A stretch of DNA of 9,600 nt from a virus (taxonomy: Duplodnaviria > Heunggongvirae > Uroviricota > Caudoviricetes). How positions within the stretch are numbered: position 1 is the first letter of the stretch; each line of letters starts with the position of its first letter. The stretch covers positions 1 through 9,600 of the IMG/VR virus record IMGVR_UViG_2609460125_000002. One strand, 5' to 3'. The notes under the pieces were generated by a model. The model searched no databases. It saw only the letters and a program-made list of their open reading frames with translations, and was not told where the DNA came from. This document shows, one piece after another, positions 6,750-9,600 of the stretch. The translations under genes and the position numbers were made by a program.

Positions 6750-6754
6750 AGTGC

Positions 6755-6958
6755 TTATTCGCGAGCTTTGAGCATTGCGTCTGCAAACTTATATGCAGCG
6801 CTTGCTGCATAATTAACAGCTCCATCAGAATCATTATCGATAATCGATGGATTGCTAATCATTGCTTGCATAGCCTTTGCCGCGAAGTAATCACGTAATG
6901 TCGCATCACTTGCCATTTCTGGGCGTTTGATATCTGCTTCATAAAACTCGCACATCAT
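6755..6958 (-). CDS. Hypothetical phage protein, 67 aa
   Basis: ATG overlaps the stop of the upstream 98-aa gene (ATGA) with GGGAGA upstream; no recognisable motif. Confidence 0.5.
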   Translation of the reverse strand: MMCEFYEADIKRPEMASDATLRDYFAAKAMQAMISNPSIIDNDSDGAVNYAASAAYKFADAMLKARE

Positions 6959-7251
6959 TCATCTCCCAGAGCCTTGCTGATTGCTGCAAGACCTTTATTA
7001 ACAGCTCCATACCATTCTGGATATGTTGTCGTTGTTCTATTTTTGGATTGCTTAAGTAATAACTGAAGTGCTTCGAGAAGGTCAGGTGCTGCCGCTATTA
7101 GATTGGCATCTTCAATACATTGAACTTCCTCACAGATTGCAATATACGAACGCCAGCCTGCGCCATTTTCAAGTGAGTCTGCCTGGATGATTTTAATCTC
7201 ATCGCCATCCATCATTATTTCCCACTTACCTTCAGTACCTTTAAATTCCAT
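6955..7251 (-). CDS. Hypothetical phage protein, 98 aa, sharing a short motif with the Ead/Ea22-like N-terminal domain
   Basis: ATG with AGAGG 6 nt upstream after a terminator; motif EDANLIAAAPDLLEALQ parallels ANAEFIAAASPATVLALL in the 244-aa protein. Confidence 0.55.
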   Translation of the reverse strand: MEFKGTEGKWEIMMDGDEIKIIQADSLENGAGWRSYIAICEEVQCIEDANLIAAAPDLLEALQLLLKQSKNRTTTTYPEWYGAVNKGLAAISKALGDE

Positions 7252-7271
7252 GTTAGCCTCTGTTGTTTATG

Positions 7272-7298
7272 CCAAAAATAAAGGCCGACTATGCGACC
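7272..7298 (-). terminator. Intrinsic terminator (minus strand): 5-bp stem with one G-U pair, loop CAUAGU, followed by UUUAUUUUU
   Basis: Plus strand 7274-7298 aaaaataaaGGCCGactatgCGACC; the loop contains the UAG stop (7289-7291) of the 207-aa gene. Confidence 0.4.
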
Positions 7299-7912
7299 TC
7301 GGAAGGAAGTCCAATCATCTTATTCAAATCTTCTACCCGTAAAGCAGGAAGTGCTGTACTTGCTTTATCTGCTTCTTTTGGTAGCAATTCTTTGCTTTCA
7401 GGCCAAACTTCAATAAGTCGCTTAACTGTTGTGACTGAGTTCAAAGCAGCCCATACATTTGATTCGATATCCTTTTTCTTGGCTTCAAGTTTTTGTTGCA
7501 ATGCGCAGATTTCATCAAACCTTTTTGTTATTTTGTGTTCTGCATCAAACATGCATTTATCTTTGGTTGGAGTAGGGAGAAATATATCTTCGCCATTGCC
7601 GTCTTTCCCATATGAATGCCATCCAACCCTTCTGCCAGATACAGTCAGATAAATTGAAGTAGAACGAAATTCGTATGAGTAAAATGAACATCCCATCTTT
7701 TCAAGTTCTTCACTTATAGCTACCAACTTGGATGATAACTGATCCACTTCCTCAGTTTTCTTTTTACCGCCAAACGCAATAACTCTGGCGTCAAGTGCAA
7801 GCTGGTTCTTTAACTTTGTTACTTCTTCAAGTTCAGTGAAAACCCCAGACTTAATTAAAGCGTTACGAGCGATTTCCTCTTTCATTCTCGTAGTTAAGCG
7901 GATTGATGACAT
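7289..7912 (-). CDS. Hypothetical phage protein, 207 aa, unknown function
   Basis: ATG at 7912 with GAGG 8 nt upstream, after a terminator hairpin; the track start (7927) is a TTG extension. No catalytic motif or strongly hydrophobic segment recognised. Confidence 0.55.
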   Translation of the reverse strand: MSSIRLTTRMKEEIARNALIKSGVFTELEEVTKLKNQLALDARVIAFGGKKKTEEVDQLSSKLVAISEELEKMGCSFYSYEFRSTSIYLTVSGRRVGWHSYGKDGNGEDIFLPTPTKDKCMFDAEHKITKRFDEICALQQKLEAKKKDIESNVWAALNSVTTVKRLIEVWPESKELLPKEADKASTALPALRVEDLNKMIGLPSEVA

Positions 7913-7936
7913 ATTAATTCCTCTCAAATAAGAAAA

Positions 7937-7962
7937 TAAAGGCCACCATCAGGCAGCCTTGT
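7937..7962 (-). terminator. Intrinsic terminator (minus strand): hairpin with UGAU loop followed by a U-rich tract
   Basis: Plus strand 7939-7960 AAGGCcaCCatcaGGcaGCCTT preceded by aaaataaa; the loop contains the UGA stop (7949-7951) of the ral-like gene; same loop sequence as the terminator at 1628-1641. Confidence 0.4.
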
Positions 7963-8143
7963 TGTTCTGTTTACCAAGTTCTCTGGCAATCATTGCCGTA
8001 GTTTGTATTGCCCATTTATCGACATATTTCCCATCTTCCATTACAGGAAACATTTCTTCAGGCTTAACCATGCATTCCGATTGCAGTTTGCATCCATTGC
8101 ATCGCTTGAATTGTCCACACCATTGATTTGTATCAATAGTCAT
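7949..8143 (-). CDS. ral: Ral-like restriction-alleviation protein, 64 aa, Cys-rich
   Basis: Four cysteines at residues 9, 15, 18 and 24; strongly resembles lambda Ral as recalled; located in the leftward operon downstream of the N-like gene, as ral is in lambda. Confidence 0.5.
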   Translation of the reverse strand: MTIDTNQWCGQFKRCNGCKLQSECMVKPEEMFPVMEDGKYVDKWAIQTTAMIARELGKQNNKAA

Positions 8144-8275
8144 ACGGATAGTCCTGGTATTGTTCCATCACATCCTGAGGATGCTCTTCGAACTCTTCAA
8201 ATTCTTCTTCCATATCTCACCTCAAATAAGTGGTTTGCTGCCAAAACAATGAACCATCCGGAAATTCCAGATAGT

Positions 8276-8503
8276 TCATAATTCACTCTTCAATACTTCC
8301 AACTTACTAATCGCCGATAGATATCCGCGCTGATAGGGCATCATCATTCCTTCGAGCTTGCCACTTCTTAACTCCTCCCTGAGCAATTGTATTGCTTGAT
8401 CAATAACCTCTGCCTTAGCGTCCTTTATGGCTTGCTTGCGGGGCTTTGCTTTCTGCTTTGGCAGATTTCTCAAGCATGATGGAATGTATGTCTGATTCAC
8501 CAC
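8276..8503 (-). CDS. Hypothetical phage protein, 75 aa (GTG start immediately after the N-like stop)
   Basis: ORF begins at a GTG directly abutting the TAA of the upstream gene (TAAGTG), with GAGG just upstream; lysine-rich, no recognised motif. Confidence 0.4.
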   Translation of the reverse strand: MVNQTYIPSCLRNLPKQKAKPRKQAIKDAKAEVIDQAIQLLREELRSGKLEGMMMPYQRGYLSAISKLEVLKSEL

Positions 8504-8776
8504 TTACCTCGCTGTCAGTTGTTTTGATTTCCGGTAGCCTGCCGCGTAAATGGCTACGTTTGGCAGGCAAATACTTCCACTGCATTCATCTGCCTTCTTG
8601 CAGCGAAGGCTTCCGAGTGATGCTGCTTTATCTGCTCTGACGCAACCAGAGAGCTTTAGCGCAATTTTTCGTGCCAGTCGCTGCTCTTGCATTGCCTGTT
8701 CACGTTGAGCCTGTCTGCGTGCTCTGCGGCGATTTCTGGCGTTATCGTCAGCCAGATATGTAATGACTACTGCCAT
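8504..8776 (-). CDS. N-like transcription antitermination protein, 90 aa, with an arginine-rich motif
   Basis: ATG at 8776 with GGAGGT 4 nt upstream; N-terminal DDNARNRRRARRQAQREQ resembles the arginine-rich boxB-binding motif of lambdoid N proteins; first gene of a terminator-punctuated leftward operon. Confidence 0.45.
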   Translation of the reverse strand: MAVVITYLADDNARNRRRARRQAQREQAMQEQRLARKIALKLSGCVRADKAASLGSLRCKKADECSGSICLPNVAIYAAGYRKSKQLTAR

Positions 8777-8934
8777 GTTGACCTCCGATGATTGACTTTG
8801 GCGGTGACGCGACGGGTGCTTATCTTCCGGTTGCTGTCGTGCAGCTGCACTTCACGTCACCCTGAAGTGGCACACTGAATTTGGCCACCTGAACAGAGGT
8901 GATATGCTCACCTCAGAACAACACAGGTGCTCCA

Positions 8935-9600
<666 letters not shown>

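Noticed and set aside
6621-6754. 32-codon minus-strand ORF reading through the terminator at 6631-6662
   Set aside because: The candidate RBS is only 2 nt from the ATG and the ORF crosses a strong hairpin; probably not translated.
1607-7927. N-terminal extensions of track ORFs (starts at 1634, 3722, 6674, 7927)
   Set aside because: The extended starts lie inside terminator hairpins or overlap the preceding gene by over 100 nt; internal ATG codons with good Shine-Dalgarno spacing (1607, 3572, 6620, 7912) are more plausible.
8777-8862. Palindrome GTGCAGCTGCAC as a possible boxB antitermination hairpin
   Set aside because: A perfect palindrome with no purine-rich pentaloop; it does not resemble boxB (5-bp stem, GAAAA-type loop) and no boxA-like element is nearby.

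Overview
This window is a segment of a degraded lambdoid (cryptic) prophage, bracketed by two IS3-family insertion sequences in the same orientation. Everything between about 275 and 8776 is a tightly packed leftward (minus-strand) early operon of the lambda pL type. In transcription order it runs: N-like antiterminator (arginine-rich motif), a 75-aa gene, a Ral-like Cys-rich protein, three unknown proteins (207, 98, 67 aa), a 322-aa protein with a long E/A/K/R coiled-coil, cIII-like, kil-like and a third small gene (all three below the ORF-track size cut-off), a Rad52-type annealase, SSB, an accessory block (97, 55, 81 aa, Ead/Ea22-like, DUF551, 55, 114 aa), an excisionase-like gene, and a tyrosine integrase that is cut off after box I. 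At least five hairpin + U-run terminators sit directly in front of ribosome-binding sites, consistent with an antitermination-dependent operon. The left flank (1..~274) is the 3' end of an unidentified IS3-family element with a frameshifted OrfB; the right flank (8863..9600) is the 5' part of IS911, whose orfA also looks frameshifted. No rRNA, tRNA or CRISPR array was seen. All identifications rest on reading the translations and on recalled family signatures; no database search was run. I could not identify a clearly novel system. The best candidates for something undescribed are the unknown-function genes at 6755..7912 and 1263..3876, and an SSB whose conserved DDDIPF tail is followed by 15 extra residues.
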